From an uncultured Methanoregulaceae archaeon (GTDB lineage: Archaea > Halobacteriota > Methanomicrobia > Methanomicrobiales > Methanospirillaceae), in contig OY970061.1 of the NCBI GenBank assembly GCA_963705255.1, positions 1,792,001-1,856,000 of the forward strand: DNA of 64,000 bases. Reading direction: 5' to 3'. Within the stretch, counting starts at the first letter, position 1. Each line of letters begins with the position of its first letter. The translations under genes were made by a program, and so were the position numbers. The notes beneath the pieces are model-generated. The model was not told the DNA's origin and did not search any database. It saw only the letters and a list, made by a program, of their open reading frames with translations. Below, in pieces: positions 50,518 to 62,819 of the stretch.

Positions 50518-51733
50518 TTATCCGAAAATCTTTTTTGACTGTTCGAGAGCATCCACGGCAGGAAGTTTCTTGCCGGTGAGGAATTCGATACAGGCTCCGC
50601 CGCCCGTCGAGATGTGGGTGAAGTCCTTCCCGATACCCAGTTTTTCTATCACGGCTGCCGTATGCCCACCACCGACAACCGAGAATTCCACATGGGACGC
50701 TGCCCTGAGGAGTTCGTACGTACCGGTCGCAAAGTCCTTATCTTCAAAAACACCAGCCGGCCCGTTGAAGACAACGGTCCCGGCTTTTTTCAGGGTCTGG
50801 ACAAGGTGTGCAAGAGCATCCATGCCGAGGTCGAGCACCGGCGCATCCTCGGGAATCTTCGCGACCGGGTATTCGACACGGCGGTTGTTCTCCCGGACAG
50901 CCACCGATTCCGGCAGAACAAGACGATCGCGGTAGCGGGTGAGGATCTCCTTTGCTTTCCCGATCTCTTCCTGATATTTGAGCTGGGCAATCAGACTGGG
51001 TGGAGGGTTTTCCGATGTTATATCCTGCGGCTATCAGAAACACATTGGCAACAACGCCGATGACGATGACCTGGTCTGCGATACCGTTTTCCAGCACGTG
51101 CCGTGCAACATCGATGGAATCATCGACCTTCGTACCACCAAGGACCATGCAGACCGGGCGGGGTGCTCCGGAAAATACTTTCGAGAGGGTGAAAACCTCC
51201 TTTTCCATGAGGAGTCCCCCGGCAGAACGCATGGCGAGCGGGAGCCCGACAACGGTCGGCTGAGAGCGGTGGGCTGTCCCGAACGCATCGTTCACGAAAA
51301 GATCGGCCATCGAGGAGAGTTTTTTTACCAGATGCGTCTTTTTGGCTTCCTCGGGTTTCAGGGTCAGGTTCTCTTCTGCATTGAACCTGACATTTTCCAG
51401 CATCAGGACATCCCCGGTCTTCATGGCCCGGACAGAATCACGGGCATGGCTCCCGAAAATACTGTCCACGTAGGTAACAGGCTTTCCGAGAAGGTGTTCA
51501 AGTTTCTCCGCATGGGCTTCAAGCGTTGTGAAATCCTTTTTCCCGGGCCGGCTCTGGTGGGTAACGATCACGACGCGGCTGCCAGACAGCGCCCTGATGG
51601 TCGGGAGGTGCTCCCTGAAACGCTTGTCATCAAGAATAAGGTTGGTGGCAGGGTCAATGGGGGAGTTGAGATCCAGTCGCAACAGGACGGTTTTTCCTTC
51701 AGCTCCCAGTTCCTTTATGGTTCCCATGGGCAT
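50518..51733 (-). CDS. pgk: Phosphoglycerate kinase, frameshifted near 50998
   Basis: RLDLNSP, HQSRP, LENVRF, NDAFGTAHRS, GGTKV, NGPAGVFE, HISTGGGA. Confidence 0.93.
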
Positions 51734-51753
51734 CCATACCACACTCTGTGTTA

Positions 51754-52383
51754 TTATGAACTGCTCCTTGCCTTGATCTTCTTCATCCGGAAGAGTTCTT
51801 CCCGCTCCATCTCATCGAGACGCATCTTGATGAAGTCCCGTGCTGCCGTCAGTTCGGGAATGACTTTGAACTCCAGTGCATTGACACGGCGCTTGGTCTT
51901 CTCGATCTCATCGAGCAGGCGTTTCATGGTCGTCTCGATCTCCGCGCTCTCGATGATCGATTCCACGAGTTCTTCGAACGCCGATGCAGTCTCATCGATG
52001 ACAGTGGAAGTTCCGAGCATACCGTAGCCCCTGTCGACGACCGTTTTCCGGACTTTCGAGGACTCGATCTCGGGAACGACAACCCCCATGATGTTCTTGC
52101 TCTTCAGGGTGATCTCCGGCACTTCCTTGACGGAAAATGCGGCAGATTTCACGCCAATGGCACCTTCGACCGTATTTGCCAGCGCCATCATCTCTGCGGC
52201 ATGCCCGTATTTCCTGAGGAGGTCGCCGCGGCTGTCCTTTGCATTTGCCAGGATCTTGAAAAATTCAAGGATCAGTCCATCGCGCTTCATCTTGAGGATC
52301 TTGTAGCCGCGCTCCGAGAGCTGGATCTTCCGTTTCAGGTTGATCAATTCGGAACGGGTTGGCTTGATATCGCGCAGCGCCAT
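51754..52383 (-). CDS. atpD: A-type ATP synthase subunit D
   Basis: KPTRSEL, LKMKRDGL, TKRRVNALE. Confidence 0.95.
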   Translation of the reverse strand: MALRDIKPTRSELINLKRKIQLSERGYKILKMKRDGLILEFFKILANAKDSRGDLLRKYGHAAEMMALANTVEGAIGVKSAAFSVKEVPEITLKSKNIMGVVVPEIESSKVRKTVVDRGYGMLGTSTVIDETASAFEELVESIIESAEIETTMKRLLDEIEKTKRRVNALEFKVIPELTAARDFIKMRLDEMEREELFRMKKIKARSSS

Positions 52384-52390
52384 GGACTTC

Positions 52391-53779
52391 TTACTCCTTC
52401 TTTGCTCCGGTCTTGAACTTCGGGTGGTACTTGGCGATCAGCTCGCGGTCGATACGGGTCAGCTGCTCTACCGGGAGCGTGGAGAGGAGTTCCCAGCCGA
52501 GGTTCAGGGTGTCCTCGATGGTGCGGTCCTCGTCATAGCCCTGCCGGACAAAGCGGTTCTCGAAGAGGTCCGCGAACTCGAGGAGGAGGCGGTCACGCTC
52601 GGAAAGCGCGTCCTTGCCGACGATGGCCACGAGGCCGCGGAGGTCGTTCCCTTCTGCATAGCCTGCGTACATCTGGTCGGAGACCTTCTTGTGGTCCTCG
52701 CGGGTGTGGCCCTTGCCGATACCGAGGTTCATCAGACGGGAGAGCGAGGGAAGCACGTTGATGGGCGGGTAGATGCCCTTGCGGTGCAGCTCACGGTTGA
52801 CCACGATCTGGCCTTCGGTAATGTACCCGGTCAGGTCGGGGATCGGGTGGGTGATATCGTCACCGGGCATTGTCAGGATCGGGATCTGGGTAACAGAACC
52901 TTTCTGGCCTTTGATCATACCGGCACGTTCGTAGATACAGGCAAGGTCCGTGTACATGTATCCCGGATAGCCACGGCGTCCGGGCACTTCCTCGCGGGCT
53001 GCACCGATCTGCCGGAGCGCCTCGCAGTAGTTCGTCATATCCGTCAGGATAACGAGAACATGCATACCGAGCTCGAAAGCAAGGTACTCGGCGGTGGTCA
53101 GGGCGAGGCGGGGCGTGATGATACGCTCGACGGCCGGGTCGTCCGCAAGGTTGAGGAAGACGACTGCCCGTTCGAGGGCCCCGGTGCGCTCGAAGTCCTG
53201 CATGAAGTAGTTCGCTTCTTCCTTCGTAATACCCATCGCAGCGAAGACCACGGCGAAACTCTCGGTCGAGCCGGGCACCTTTGCCTGCCGTGCGATCTGG
53301 AGCGCAACGTTGTTGTGCGGGAGGCCCGCACCCGAGAAGATCGGGAGCTTCTGGCCGCGGACAAGGGTGTTGGTACCGTCGATGGTGGAGATACCCGTCT
53401 GGATGAAATCTGCCGGCATGCCCCGGGCGTACGGGTTGATCGCGGCACCGGTGATGTCGAGACGCTTCTCCGGGACAATCTCCGGGCCGCCGTCGATGGG
53501 TTTGCCGCCACCGGACAGGATGCGGCCTAACATCTCTTTTCCCACCGGCATCTTAATGGTCTCGCCGGTGAAACGGACGCCGCTGTCCCTGCCGATACCG
53601 GTCGTGGTCTCGAAGATCTGGACAACGACCAGCTCATCGCTCGTGTCGAGCACCTGGCCGCGCTTGGTTGTGCCGTCAAAAAGGACTATGTTCACGAGCT
53701 CCCCGTAGGCAATCGGCTCGGTCTTCTCGACGAAAACGAGGGGACCGGCAATCTTACTTATCGTCCTGTATTCCTTCAT
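52391..53779 (-). CDS. atpB: A-type ATP synthase subunit B
   Basis: [32 protein letters not shown]. Confidence 0.97.
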   Translation of the reverse strand: MKEYRTISKIAGPLVFVEKTEPIAYGELVNIVLFDGTTKRGQVLDTSDELVVVQIFETTTGIGRDSGVRFTGETIKMPVGKEMLGRILSGGGKPIDGGPEIVPEKRLDITGAAINPYARGMPADFIQTGISTIDGTNTLVRGQKLPIFSGAGLPHNNVALQIARQAKVPGSTESFAVVFAAMGITKEEANYFMQDFERTGALERAVVFLNLADDPAVERIITPRLALTTAEYLAFELGMHVLVILTDMTNYCEALRQIGAAREEVPGRRGYPGYMYTDLACIYERAGMIKGQKGSVTQIPILTMPGDDITHPIPDLTGYITEGQIVVNRELHRKGIYPPINVLPSLSRLMNLGIGKGHTREDHKKVSDQMYAGYAEGNDLRGLVAIVGKDALSERDRLLLEFADLFENRFVRQGYDEDRTIEDTLNLGWELLSTLPVEQLTRIDRELIAKYHPKFKTGAKKE

Positions 53780-55542
53780 GCTGCCGACCTCAGTGTGTTG
53801 AACTCAGCGTCCATCTCCTTCTCGATCTTCGCCAGTTCGGGCTTGTAGTCCTTGATGAACTTGATCTGGGGCAGCTCGTTCTTGGACTTGACTCCGTTGA
53901 TCTGCGCCGGGCTCACGCCGGCGAGCTGGGCCGCGTAGGCAAGCTCGGCGAAGAGCTTGATCGCCTTCATCATGTCATACTGCTTCGTCATGTCACAGAA
54001 CGTGTCGACCGCGTCGTACGCGTTCTGCTGGAGGAAGATCTCACGGATCATACGGGCGACCTCGATGGTCACCTGCTCCGACTCGGGCAGAGCGTCGGAA
54101 CCGACGAGCTGCACGATCTCCTGAAGTTCTGCCTCTTTCTGAAGGATCTCCATGGCCCACGAGCGGATCCTGTTCCACTCGGGCGAGACTTCCTTGTCGT
54201 AATAGTCGTGGAGGGCTTCGAGATAGAGCGAGTAGGAGTTGAGCCAGTTGATGGCCGGGAAGTGCCGGCGCTGGGATAGCTTTGCATCAAGAGCCCAGAA
54301 GACCTTCACGATACGCAGGGTGTTCTGGGTGACCGGCTCGGAGAAGTCACCGCCGGGCGGTGAGACCGCACCGATGACCGAGACTGAGCCGGATCTCCCG
54401 TTCAGGGTCTCGACAAGGCCGGCACGCTCGTAGAACTCGGAGAGCCGGGCTGCAAGGTACGCGGGGTAGCCTTCTTCGCCCGGCATCTCTTCGAGACGGG
54501 ACGAGATCTCACGCATGGCTTCCGCCCAGCGGGATGTCGAATCCGCCATCAGGGAGACGTCGTACCCCATGTCACGGAAGTACTCCGCGATCGTGATACC
54601 GGTATACACGGATGCCTCACGGGCGGCGACCGGCATGTTCGAGGTGTTGGCAATGAGCACCGTCCGCTCCATGAGCGGTTTGCCCGACTTCGGGTCCTCG
54701 AGGTGCGGAAACTCGGTCAGCACTTCGGTCATCTCGTTCCCGCGTTCACCGCACCCGATGTAGACCACGATCTCGGCATCCGACCACTTGGCCAGCTGCT
54801 GCTGGGTAACGGTCTTGCCGCTCCCGAACGGTCCCGGGATAACTGCCGTGCCGCCCTTCGCGATCGGGAAGAGACCGTCGAGGATCCTCTGACCGGTGAT
54901 CAGGGGAATCGTCGGGTTCTTCTTCTCTCTCACGGGGCGGGGGACACGGACCGGCCAGCGCTGGATCATCGGGTACTCGCGCCCGTCGTCGAGAACACAG
55001 ATCGTCTCGTCAACGGTGAAGTCCCCGCTCCTGATCGTCCTGACGACCCCTGCCTTTGCATTGGGCGGGAGCATGATCCTGTGGACGATATTGGTCTCCT
55101 GCACTTCGCCAAGGATCGTTCCCGGTTCGACCTTGTCGCCGGATTTTACGAGGGCCTTGAAGGTCCACTTCTTCGAGTGGGAGAGCCCGGGGGCCGAGAC
55201 ACCACGCTGGATGAAATTCCCCATCTTTTCCACGAGAACCGTGAGGGGACGCTGGATGCCGTCGTAGATACTGGTCAGGAGGCCCGGCCCCAGTTCGACC
55301 GCGAGCGACAGGCCGGTGTTCTCCACCGGTTCGCCGGGCCGGATACCGGAGGTATCCTCGTACACCTGGATGATGATGTTATCACCCTGGATCTTGATGA
55401 CTTCTCCCATCAGCGCTTCTTTGCCGACCTTCACCACATCGTACATGTGGGCGTCAAGGTTGACTGCCGTAACGACAGGGCCGGCGATTCTTTTGAGAAC
55501 CCCTTGTTTCTGTTCTTTTGCTTGTTTGTCTTTTACTTCCAC
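53776..55542 (-). CDS. atpA: A-type ATP synthase subunit A
   Basis: [26 protein letters not shown]; 588 aa, no intein. Confidence 0.97.
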   Translation of the reverse strand: MEVKDKQAKEQKQGVLKRIAGPVVTAVNLDAHMYDVVKVGKEALMGEVIKIQGDNIIIQVYEDTSGIRPGEPVENTGLSLAVELGPGLLTSIYDGIQRPLTVLVEKMGNFIQRGVSAPGLSHSKKWTFKALVKSGDKVEPGTILGEVQETNIVHRIMLPPNAKAGVVRTIRSGDFTVDETICVLDDGREYPMIQRWPVRVPRPVREKKNPTIPLITGQRILDGLFPIAKGGTAVIPGPFGSGKTVTQQQLAKWSDAEIVVYIGCGERGNEMTEVLTEFPHLEDPKSGKPLMERTVLIANTSNMPVAAREASVYTGITIAEYFRDMGYDVSLMADSTSRWAEAMREISSRLEEMPGEEGYPAYLAARLSEFYERAGLVETLNGRSGSVSVIGAVSPPGGDFSEPVTQNTLRIVKVFWALDAKLSQRRHFPAINWLNSYSLYLEALHDYYDKEVSPEWNRIRSWAMEILQKEAELQEIVQLVGSDALPESEQVTIEVARMIREIFLQQNAYDAVDTFCDMTKQYDMMKAIKLFAELAYAAQLAGVSPAQINGVKSKNELPQIKFIKDYKPELAKIEKEMDAEFNTLRSAA

Positions 55543-55835
55543 AGATCAACACCCACCGATCTCTTGATTCTGTCTCTCATTGAAAGGCCCCCTTCCTCGC
55601 CGCCGATCGCAATCACGGTCGGCTTCACGGAGTTTTCCAGCGTGGTGCGGAGCCTGCGGGGAATCTTCTCCATATCGCTGCTGTTGAGGACGAGGATCCC
55701 GACTTCCCCATCCTGCAGGACGCTGGTGATTTGCCCACTGAGTTTCTCGTCATCGTCCGTCGCGTAGGTCTTGCGGATGCCTGCGAGGCGGAACCCGAGA
55801 ATGAACTCACTGTTGCCGATTACTGCAATCTCCAT
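55533..55835 (-). CDS. atpF: A-type ATP synthase subunit F
   Basis: IAVIG...[16 protein letters not shown]. Confidence 0.93.
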   Translation of the reverse strand: MEIAVIGNSEFILGFRLAGIRKTYATDDDEKLSGQITSVLQDGEVGILVLNSSDMEKIPRRLRTTLENSVKPTVIAIGGEEGGLSMRDRIKRSVGVDLWK

Positions 55836-55836
55836 T

Positions 55837-56892
55837 TTACATCACCAGGTATTCCGCTATCTTATCCGAAAGGAGTTTTGACTCCTTTCCTCTGGCAAGC
55901 GCCCGAAGGTTGAAGACCTCGTATTTCTTCTTTTCCAGGTAGACAAGAATCGGGTAGATGGAGACAGGATTGCGTTTGGATATCTGCTCCATCTGTTCAA
56001 GCTGAACACGCGTAAGCCTTACCTCGAAGTCCCGTACCGTTTTTTCGCTTCTCATCTCGTCGAGCAGCGAGATCAGCAACTTCTGGCGGAACCTTGGCTT
56101 GAGCGCATCGATGAATTCGCCCTGGTCCCGGATTGCATTCAGGTTTGCGAAATCCGATGCCTGAAATGTCCCGCCCTGGATGTGCATTTCCCGGACATCT
56201 TCTTCCAACCTGTCGGCACGCAATCGGAACAGGGTCTTGACATTCTTGATGTCGATATCAAACCTGATGAAATCAAGGAACAGTCTGCCTCCCTTGATGC
56301 CGCTCTCGGCTTCCGTGATGATCTCAACATAGAACTGCTTATAGAGCTCATTTTCCATATGGGAGAACGATCCGCTCTCCCTGGCAAAGGGGTATTCACG
56401 TGCCAGCACGGAATACATACGGTGACCTCTCAACGCATCGATAATTCTCTCGGGGTTGTCTTCGGCAAGAAAACGATCGAGTACTGAACTGTCGAGACTG
56501 CCGGCAGGGATCAGGATCTCCTTGATCTTCCCTGCCTTGACACCCTGCATCTTGCCCCGGAGGATCGTGAGAATATTCTGGATATCCCAGCGACGAAGAT
56601 ACGCCCGGGTGAACTGTTTTAAGTTGCCCGGTGTGATCTCCTGGATCTTCTGGTATTCCTTGGCAAGGTTCCAGCTCAGGGCAACCTCAATCAGGTCGAT
56701 ACCTTTGAAGATCGTCCCAAGCTCATCTATCTCCTGTTTGTATTCAGTTTCTCCGATGAACCGGGTGATCTCGGGGAGGCTCATATTGAGCATCCGCATA
56801 TATTCCTCGCGTGGGAGGAGTTTTGCCTTTCTCACCCGCATCCTGGTACACACGTAAATGTACGGTGCTGAGATATACCTCACGCCTGCCAT
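55837..56892 (-). CDS. atpC: A-type ATP synthase subunit C
   Basis: [28 protein letters not shown]; operon position. Confidence 0.92.
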   Translation of the reverse strand: MAGVRYISAPYIYVCTRMRVRKAKLLPREEYMRMLNMSLPEITRFIGETEYKQEIDELGTIFKGIDLIEVALSWNLAKEYQKIQEITPGNLKQFTRAYLRRWDIQNILTILRGKMQGVKAGKIKEILIPAGSLDSSVLDRFLAEDNPERIIDALRGHRMYSVLAREYPFARESGSFSHMENELYKQFYVEIITEAESGIKGGRLFLDFIRFDIDIKNVKTLFRLRADRLEEDVREMHIQGGTFQASDFANLNAIRDQGEFIDALKPRFRQKLLISLLDEMRSEKTVRDFEVRLTRVQLEQMEQISKRNPVSIYPILVYLEKKKYEVFNLRALARGKESKLLSDKIAEYLVM

Positions 56893-56904
56893 ACGTGTAC
56901 CTCC

Positions 56905-57483
56905 TTACCCGAACAGGATATCGGATGCATCCTTCAACCCGGATTCCCACACCTTCGCAAGGAATGTCCGGTCACTGTAATCAATCTGCAACGCGCCCCC
57001 TTCACCTTCGATGAGGAGCCCCCCGTCGATATCCACGGGAGTACCAACCCTGAACCCGGCAAATTCCGCACTCTCTGCGATGACGACCTTCGCGGCCCCG
57101 ACATCGCGTGCATTACAGGAGATTGTACCTGAGGGGATCTCCTTTTTTGCCTCGGTGAGGAGTTTCTTAATGGCTTCACGATGGAAGCTTTCAGGGAGAC
57201 GGGCAATCTCTGCGCGAGTGGATTCATACACGGTATCCAGCAAAGATTTCTGTGTGTTCAGGAGCTCGCGTTTGACCAGCAGGTTTGCTGCAGAAGCTTC
57301 CTGGCCGATAATATGGGCAGTCTGCTTTTCAGACTCTGTTTCTGCGGCAAGTTTGATCTCCTTGACCCGCTTGTCTACTGCCGAGATTATCTGGCCGGTC
57401 TCCTGCTTGGACTCCGCACGTATCAATTCTGCTTCTTTTTTGCCCTTTTCCCTGATATCTTCAACTACGGCTTCCAGTCCCAT
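56905..57483 (-). CDS. atpE: A-type ATP synthase subunit E
   Basis: MGLEAVVEDI, IDGGLLIE, DILFG. Confidence 0.9.
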   Translation of the reverse strand: MGLEAVVEDIREKGKKEAELIRAESKQETGQIISAVDKRVKEIKLAAETESEKQTAHIIGQEASAANLLVKRELLNTQKSLLDTVYESTRAEIARLPESFHREAIKKLLTEAKKEIPSGTISCNARDVGAAKVVIAESAEFAGFRVGTPVDIDGGLLIEGEGGALQIDYSDRTFLAKVWESGLKDASDILFG

Positions 57484-57496
57484 TGTCCGCCCCGTT

Positions 57497-57763
57497 TTAT
57501 ACGAACAACAGCAGGAGCGCAACGACCAGACCGAAGATGACGATTGTTTCAGGAATAACCGTGAAGAGCAGCGCAAGTCCGAACATGTCCTTGTCCTCTG
57601 CAACCGCACCAACTGCTGCTGAACCGATCCCCATTTCGGCAACACCGGTACCGATACCGGTCAGACCAACTGCGATACCTGCGCCGAGTGCCTTCATTCC
57701 CAACTGCGATGCCTGAACTGATGCAAGATCTGTTGCTGCTACTGCTACTGCTTCTGCTGCCAT
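57497..57763 (-). CDS. atpK: A-type ATP synthase subunit K (c, single hairpin)
   Basis: GAGIAVGL, IPETIVIFG. Confidence 0.93.
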   Translation of the reverse strand: MAAEAVAVAATDLASVQASQLGMKALGAGIAVGLTGIGTGVAEMGIGSAAVGAVAEDKDMFGLALLFTVIPETIVIFGLVVALLLLFV

Positions 57764-57766
57764 AAT

Positions 57767-59737
57767 TTAATCCTCCGTAAATCTTCGATTCATTCCGAAT
57801 GGAACGTACTTTTTGCCTCCACCCTTGTAGAACTTGGTGAAGAATTCAACATAGTGCAACCTGATTGAGTGGAGCCCTCCACCCAGAATGCCCAGTGCCG
57901 TGTTGAGCGCGTGCCCGATGATAAACACCCCAATACCGGCAATGATAATGAAAATTCCAACAATTGTGAGATTTTTGAGCTGTGGCGTAATAAACATCGT
58001 AATGGACATAAAATTAACGACCATCGCGATAGCGACCGACGAGAGCCCGACTGCGACAAGACGGGCATAGGACAGCACGTGGGACACAATCGTCGGGATT
58101 TCAACAACCTCGAGGAATGAGTCCCGTGCAATGAACACTACACCGGCAACGATGAGTACTGCCCCTGTGAAAATGCCCAGATTCAACCCGGCCACGATCA
58201 CGGGCAGGCCGGTCAGATTGGGCATCAGCGGTACTGAAGCTACCGACCAGATGGCGATGATAAGCCCCCACATTACCGTAAGCCAACCGAAATTTGCAAG
58301 CACGGCTTTTATCCGGTGCCCCCCATGGTCCTGGCGTGCATGGTTCACCATGCCGAGAACTCTCCCGAGGGTGATATGCAGGATGCCGATCCAGATCGAC
58401 AGGACCATCAGTTCCGGGATATTGGGACCATGTCCTCCATTCTCCGCAGCCATCAGGTGCCGTGAGTAAAACACGGGGCTCCATCCCGGGATCGGAAATC
58501 CGAGGAACTCTGAAAAAAGGATACCAAAGAAGATGCTTGAGATACTCGCGTTCCGCAGCACTGCAAGCATCTGCCGTCCTTCCTCACCTTTCAGGAATTT
58601 CCGGAGCCCGAACGCCATCGCAAGCAATATCAGACCATATCCCACATCACCGAGAATCAACCCAAAAAAGAGGGGAAAGACGATGGATACCATCAGGGTC
58701 GGATCAATTTCAGTATACCTGGGCCGGCTGTAGACATCCATGAGCACCTGAGTTGGTGTTGCAAACGATGGATTGTTATACTCTACAGGCACGTTCTCAT
58801 GTTCATAGTCTACAGATAATTCGGTAACAAAAATTTTGCCGCCTGCAGCCTTTTCCAAAGCCTGAGTTACTGCGGCAACATTTTCGGAAGGGACCCACCC
58901 CTCTGCCACGAAGGTCTGTTTTGTAGTCGCAAACCGGAGCGGAGCTTCGGTCTGCTCAACTTCAGCTTTTAAGAATTCCTCGCAGGCAACAAGGAAGTCC
59001 GCATGGCTCTTTCTGACTTCCCCGAGCTTCTGGTTAATCTCCGCAATTTCCTGATTGAGTGCGGAGATCTGCCCGGCATAATAATCGATACGTCCCTGTG
59101 GGGCGCCGGATTCGTCCGGGAGCGGTACCGACTGGAACGCTGCTTCCTGGAGCGCCTTTTCGACCTCTGTCCGCTGTTCAGCGGGAACAATGGCAACGAG
59201 GAAATTCTTCTCCTTCCCCCTTGAAAAATACATCTCGCTCGGAACGGTCAGGGTAACTTCGCGGGACACAAAACCGGCAAAAACTATGAATCTTTTATAA
59301 CCGTGGTAGAGATCCAGGTCAGCCGGAACGTTTACGAACGGGGTGATCTCGGCGATCTTCTGCTCGTACTCTTTCACCTGGGTATCAAGTTTTGAGCGCC
59401 TGGCCGTCAGGTTTTCGACTTCCTGTTCGAGAACCGGAAGTTCCTGCTCAATCCTTTTTCTGCTCTCTGCCCGCGAACAGTGCTTTGCCGTCTCGATGTC
59501 ATCCCCGCGGACCGAGATGGCATTGGCGATCGCCCGTATCTTGATGAGATCCGCGGACTTTTCGCTTGCTCCCGGAAGAGGCGTCCCGATCTTAAAACCT
59601 TCGTAGCCTTCTGCCCCGGCATCGACAAATTCTTCGATATGGAACAGGTTACGACGGTATAATTCCGCAATAACCGGGACCATCTGGTCCCGTGAGGCGG
59701 CGATGAGGAGCCGGCTCATCTGCTTAGGCTTTAACAT
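57767..59737 (-). CDS. atpI: A-type ATP synthase subunit I (a)
   Basis: EIDPT, GDVGYG, SYARL, LHSIRLHYVEFF. Confidence 0.95.
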   Translation of the reverse strand: MLKPKQMSRLLIAASRDQMVPVIAELYRRNLFHIEEFVDAGAEGYEGFKIGTPLPGASEKSADLIKIRAIANAISVRGDDIETAKHCSRAESRKRIEQELPVLEQEVENLTARRSKLDTQVKEYEQKIAEITPFVNVPADLDLYHGYKRFIVFAGFVSREVTLTVPSEMYFSRGKEKNFLVAIVPAEQRTEVEKALQEAAFQSVPLPDESGAPQGRIDYYAGQISALNQEIAEINQKLGEVRKSHADFLVACEEFLKAEVEQTEAPLRFATTKQTFVAEGWVPSENVAAVTQALEKAAGGKIFVTELSVDYEHENVPVEYNNPSFATPTQVLMDVYSRPRYTEIDPTLMVSIVFPLFFGLILGDVGYGLILLAMAFGLRKFLKGEEGRQMLAVLRNASISSIFFGILFSEFLGFPIPGWSPVFYSRHLMAAENGGHGPNIPELMVLSIWIGILHITLGRVLGMVNHARQDHGGHRIKAVLANFGWLTVMWGLIIAIWSVASVPLMPNLTGLPVIVAGLNLGIFTGAVLIVAGVVFIARDSFLEVVEIPTIVSHVLSYARLVAVGLSSVAIAMVVNFMSITMFITPQLKNLTIVGIFIIIAGIGVFIIGHALNTALGILGGGLHSIRLHYVEFFTKFYKGGGKKYVPFGMNRRFTED

Positions 59738-60053
59738 GCAGCTGCTCCTTAAACCGCAAAACCAGCAGCTGCACCGCTTTTGAAAGGTTCTTTTCTCCTT
59801 TCTCTTTCAGTGCCGCTGCGCGCTGATTGCCACTTTTTATGATTTCAGCGTGCTTAAGTGCCGCCTGGTGCCGTGCTTCTTCCAGTTTCAGCTTTTTGTA
59901 TTGTTCTGCATTGCTCTGCGCTTTTGTTACCAGGTTATCAGCTTCAAGCTCAGCCTGAGAATGCCTGAATTTCTTCTCATCCTGGGTCTTGCTGATTACC
60001 GACTGGTACTCTTCTTCAGCCTTTTTGATGTCTTTTAGGACCTCAGTCTTCAT
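59724..60053 (-). CDS. atpH: A-type ATP synthase subunit H
   Basis: EVLKDIKKAEEE coiled coil; first gene of the operon. Confidence 0.85.
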   Translation of the reverse strand: MKTEVLKDIKKAEEEYQSVISKTQDEKKFRHSQAELEADNLVTKAQSNAEQYKKLKLEEARHQAALKHAEIIKSGNQRAAALKEKGEKNLSKAVQLLVLRFKEQLHVKA

Positions 60054-60166
60054 CCAACCCTCCTCTCACGGCAGTACAATAATTGGTGAAAAAAACCATA
60101 TATGTATTGTTATTTATGACCGGCCTATCACTGCAGGGAGTGAAAAAACGAAAATTTGCACGAGGA

Positions 60167-60640
60167 TCAGGAAAACTCGGTTGAAATATGGTAATTCACG
60201 TACCGTCTGGTAATGCCCGGGGGCAGGCCGGAAATGTCTACGCCCCCGGAAATCCCCTTCAGGGTCAGGCCGGCCAGCTCATCACTTGAACAGACGAGGT
60301 GCTGTTCCGGATGCGTCCCTCTCCTTATACTGCAGCTGGTGGTGATCGCCGGGCCGACCGAGACGAGGTACGAGAACCGCTTCGAACCGGGATGATCCTT
60401 CGCAAGGACGATCAGGGGCATATGGTAGGTCCTGACGAACTCGGCCAGCATGATCGCCGGCTCCAGGGCACCACCTTCCGGCGCTGAAACTACCACAAGG
60501 TCGTCGGGCTCGATGGTCTGGTTGTACTCTTTCTCCGGGGTCTCGATGCGGAGACCAAACAGGGAACCTGCCTTCGCAGCCAGTAAAAAAGAGTGCTTGC
60601 CGTACAGCTGCAGCAACTCGTCCTGCAGGGGCACTAGCAT
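60167..60640 (-). CDS. Hypothetical protein
   Basis: Intact ORF; CSIRRGTHPEQHLVC motif. Confidence 0.7.
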   Translation of the reverse strand: MLVPLQDELLQLYGKHSFLLAAKAGSLFGLRIETPEKEYNQTIEPDDLVVVSAPEGGALEPAIMLAEFVRTYHMPLIVLAKDHPGSKRFSYLVSVGPAITTSCSIRRGTHPEQHLVCSSDELAGLTLKGISGGVDISGLPPGITRRYVNYHISTEFS

Positions 60641-60795
60641 ATTTCAGTCACGTTATCGGACTGACAACTGGAGCAGATGGGTTTCCTGCTGACGCTTTCG
60701 AACTTTTCGCCACAGTCTTTGCAGCGGTAGTTTTTTCCTTTTACCCGCTCGTCGAAGTTGAGATCTCCTGTGGGCCCACCACCAACAGTGCACAT
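60634..60795 (-). CDS. Small zinc-ribbon protein (53 aa; absent from the ORF track)
   Basis: MCTVGGGPTGDLNFDERVKGKNYRCKDCGEKFESVSRKPICSSCQSDNVTEIC*; GAGGTGA RBS; stop overlaps the next gene. Confidence 0.8.
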   Translation of the reverse strand: MCTVGGGPTGDLNFDERVKGKNYRCKDCGEKFESVSRKPICSSCQSDNVTEIC

Positions 60796-60885
60796 CTTTT
60801 ATCACCTCACTACGACATCTTCATGCGAAGATTTAATGGTATCTGCCTGTAATGCAGCGGTCCTGGGAGTATTTTCCCCGGAGAC

Positions 60886-62819
60886 CTATATGATGATGTA
60901 ATTGAACACCACGAGGGAGATGATGAGGAGGATACAGGAGTGCTTTACTCCTGCTGCTATCGATGACTCCCCCATCTGTCCTGCGATCAACCCCGAGAAG
61001 AGTGCCTGGACGAGGCAGGCATGGTACAGGAGCCTCCCGAATGTCACGATGGGTATGGTACCAATACCGGAAAGTGCGCCGGTAGTAGGGGCACCGTTGA
61101 GATTGATGTGGGCAAGGACCGGCAGGAACTGCGTAGTCAGGACCCCCACGACAAAGAGGAAGACAAAAAATGACAGGTACACAATTGCCGTGTAGATGAA
61201 CATCTCGGCAGTTCTCTCTTTTTTCAGCACTTCGCTCATCTTGGCATCACTGGATGCGATAGACAGGACTTCGCCGATCTGCCCGCTCATCTCGCTGGCC
61301 TTGGTGATGAGCGTAACGGTACGTGCGATAGAGGGGGTGCTTACGCGTTGCTCGAACCGCATCAGCGCCTCCGTGAAGTTCGCTCCCCAGTCCATGTCCC
61401 GCTTGATCCTCCGGATCTCGTAACTGAGCAGCCCGAGGTTGGTATTCACCATGATGGCAATGGCCTGTACAATTGTCAGCCCGACCTGGTTGATGCCCGA
61501 CATCCGCTCAAGAAAATCCGGGATCAGCGCCTGGATACCGAGGACTTTTCTGGACCAGAGCTCATAAAAGATGGCATACGGGATGAGCACGATGAGGAGC
61601 GCTATCACGAAGTGGCTGTCAACGATCCTGATAAGTATCTCGAAGTTCTGGTAGTGTGACACCCGCGTCCAGACGAGTACCATGTAGAGGACTGCAATGG
61701 GTATTGTGACATAGAGCGTGAGGTTGACATTATGGACAAAACTTTCCAGGGGGTGGCGGAGATGATGGAAGAACGTCCTGACCCGGTCATATTTTTTCAG
61801 CTGCTCAAAAAGCGGTTCTTCATCGGTTTTTTTGATGATGGTAACATCGGAATAGGTATGGAGCCATTTTGCCCTGACATACCGTTCAGTCTTTTCCGCT
61901 TTTATTGAGATCAGATCGATCAGCAGGATGAATATCATCGAACCGACGGGCATAACTGCATACACGACCAGTGACAGCTGCAGTACCCGCAGATCCCCCC
62001 ATCATTCCCATGACTACCATGATGATGATGAGGAAGAGGGGGCCGGCCACGAACAGGGTGACGTACGATTCGGCTACGATGGAGAGGAGATTGAGGAACT
62101 GCCGCTGCTCAAACTTCGCTTCTTCCTGGTACAGCCGGACTCTCATCGAGAGGAAATCTGCCATATCCCCGCCACTTTCTATGACGGAGAGGAGGTCTTC
62201 AAGGAAATTTTTCAGTTTTTCTGAGGGGGTGGTTTCCGAGAGATGGTGGATTGCCGAGACGACATCATAGCCGAAAAAATCTGCATCCCGGACAATCTGG
62301 CGGAATTCAAGGGCAACTTCGCCATAAATATTTGCCCGGTCCGAAAGGGAGCGGAAGATAGTCATCAGCTCGGTCTCCGCCACGTCTCATTGCATACATA
62401 TAGGCAACGGCGTTATGCAGGGTCAGGTTGATCTTGATCGCCCGGGTCTTCTTTTCAATACCGGGGATTTTCAGCATGAGAACATAGCCGGCATACAGTC
62501 CTATGAAAAATGAGATTACCATCACGAATGCATGAACATAGATTACAGGAAGGACCGTGTTGAACAATACCGGTATCTGTACATTAAATACATTGGTGAT
62601 ACCGGCGTTCCCCGGGAGTAATGGCAGGAATACGAACGTGGAAACGAAATACCCGACTACTGAAAAAAGGATTGCCGTAAGACCTGCAATGCACACGGAT
62701 CTCCAGAGGTACTGGTCTAAGGTCATGCCGACCCGTGCTGATATCATATCCGAGTGCAGGCTGTGGTACCGCAGGGGGTCGCGTTTGATCCACCGGTAGA
62801 CATACTGCCTGAAGATCAT
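60886..62819 (-). CDS. Type II secretion / type IV pilus platform protein (TadC/ArlJ-like), two frameshifts (near 61987 and 62374)
   Basis: Two T2SSF domains: IYGEVALEF...TPSEKLKNFL...ESGG and IPDFLERM...ASEMSG. Confidence 0.85.

Noticed and set aside
53776-55542. Inteins in AtpA, AtpB, aIF5B or TFB
   Set aside because: All have normal lengths and uninterrupted motifs.
52340-55767. Long antisense ORFs (52340-53530, 54703-55767; likewise 6783-7910, 20568-21788, 32130-33446)
   Set aside because: Shadow ORFs opposite GC3-rich conserved genes.
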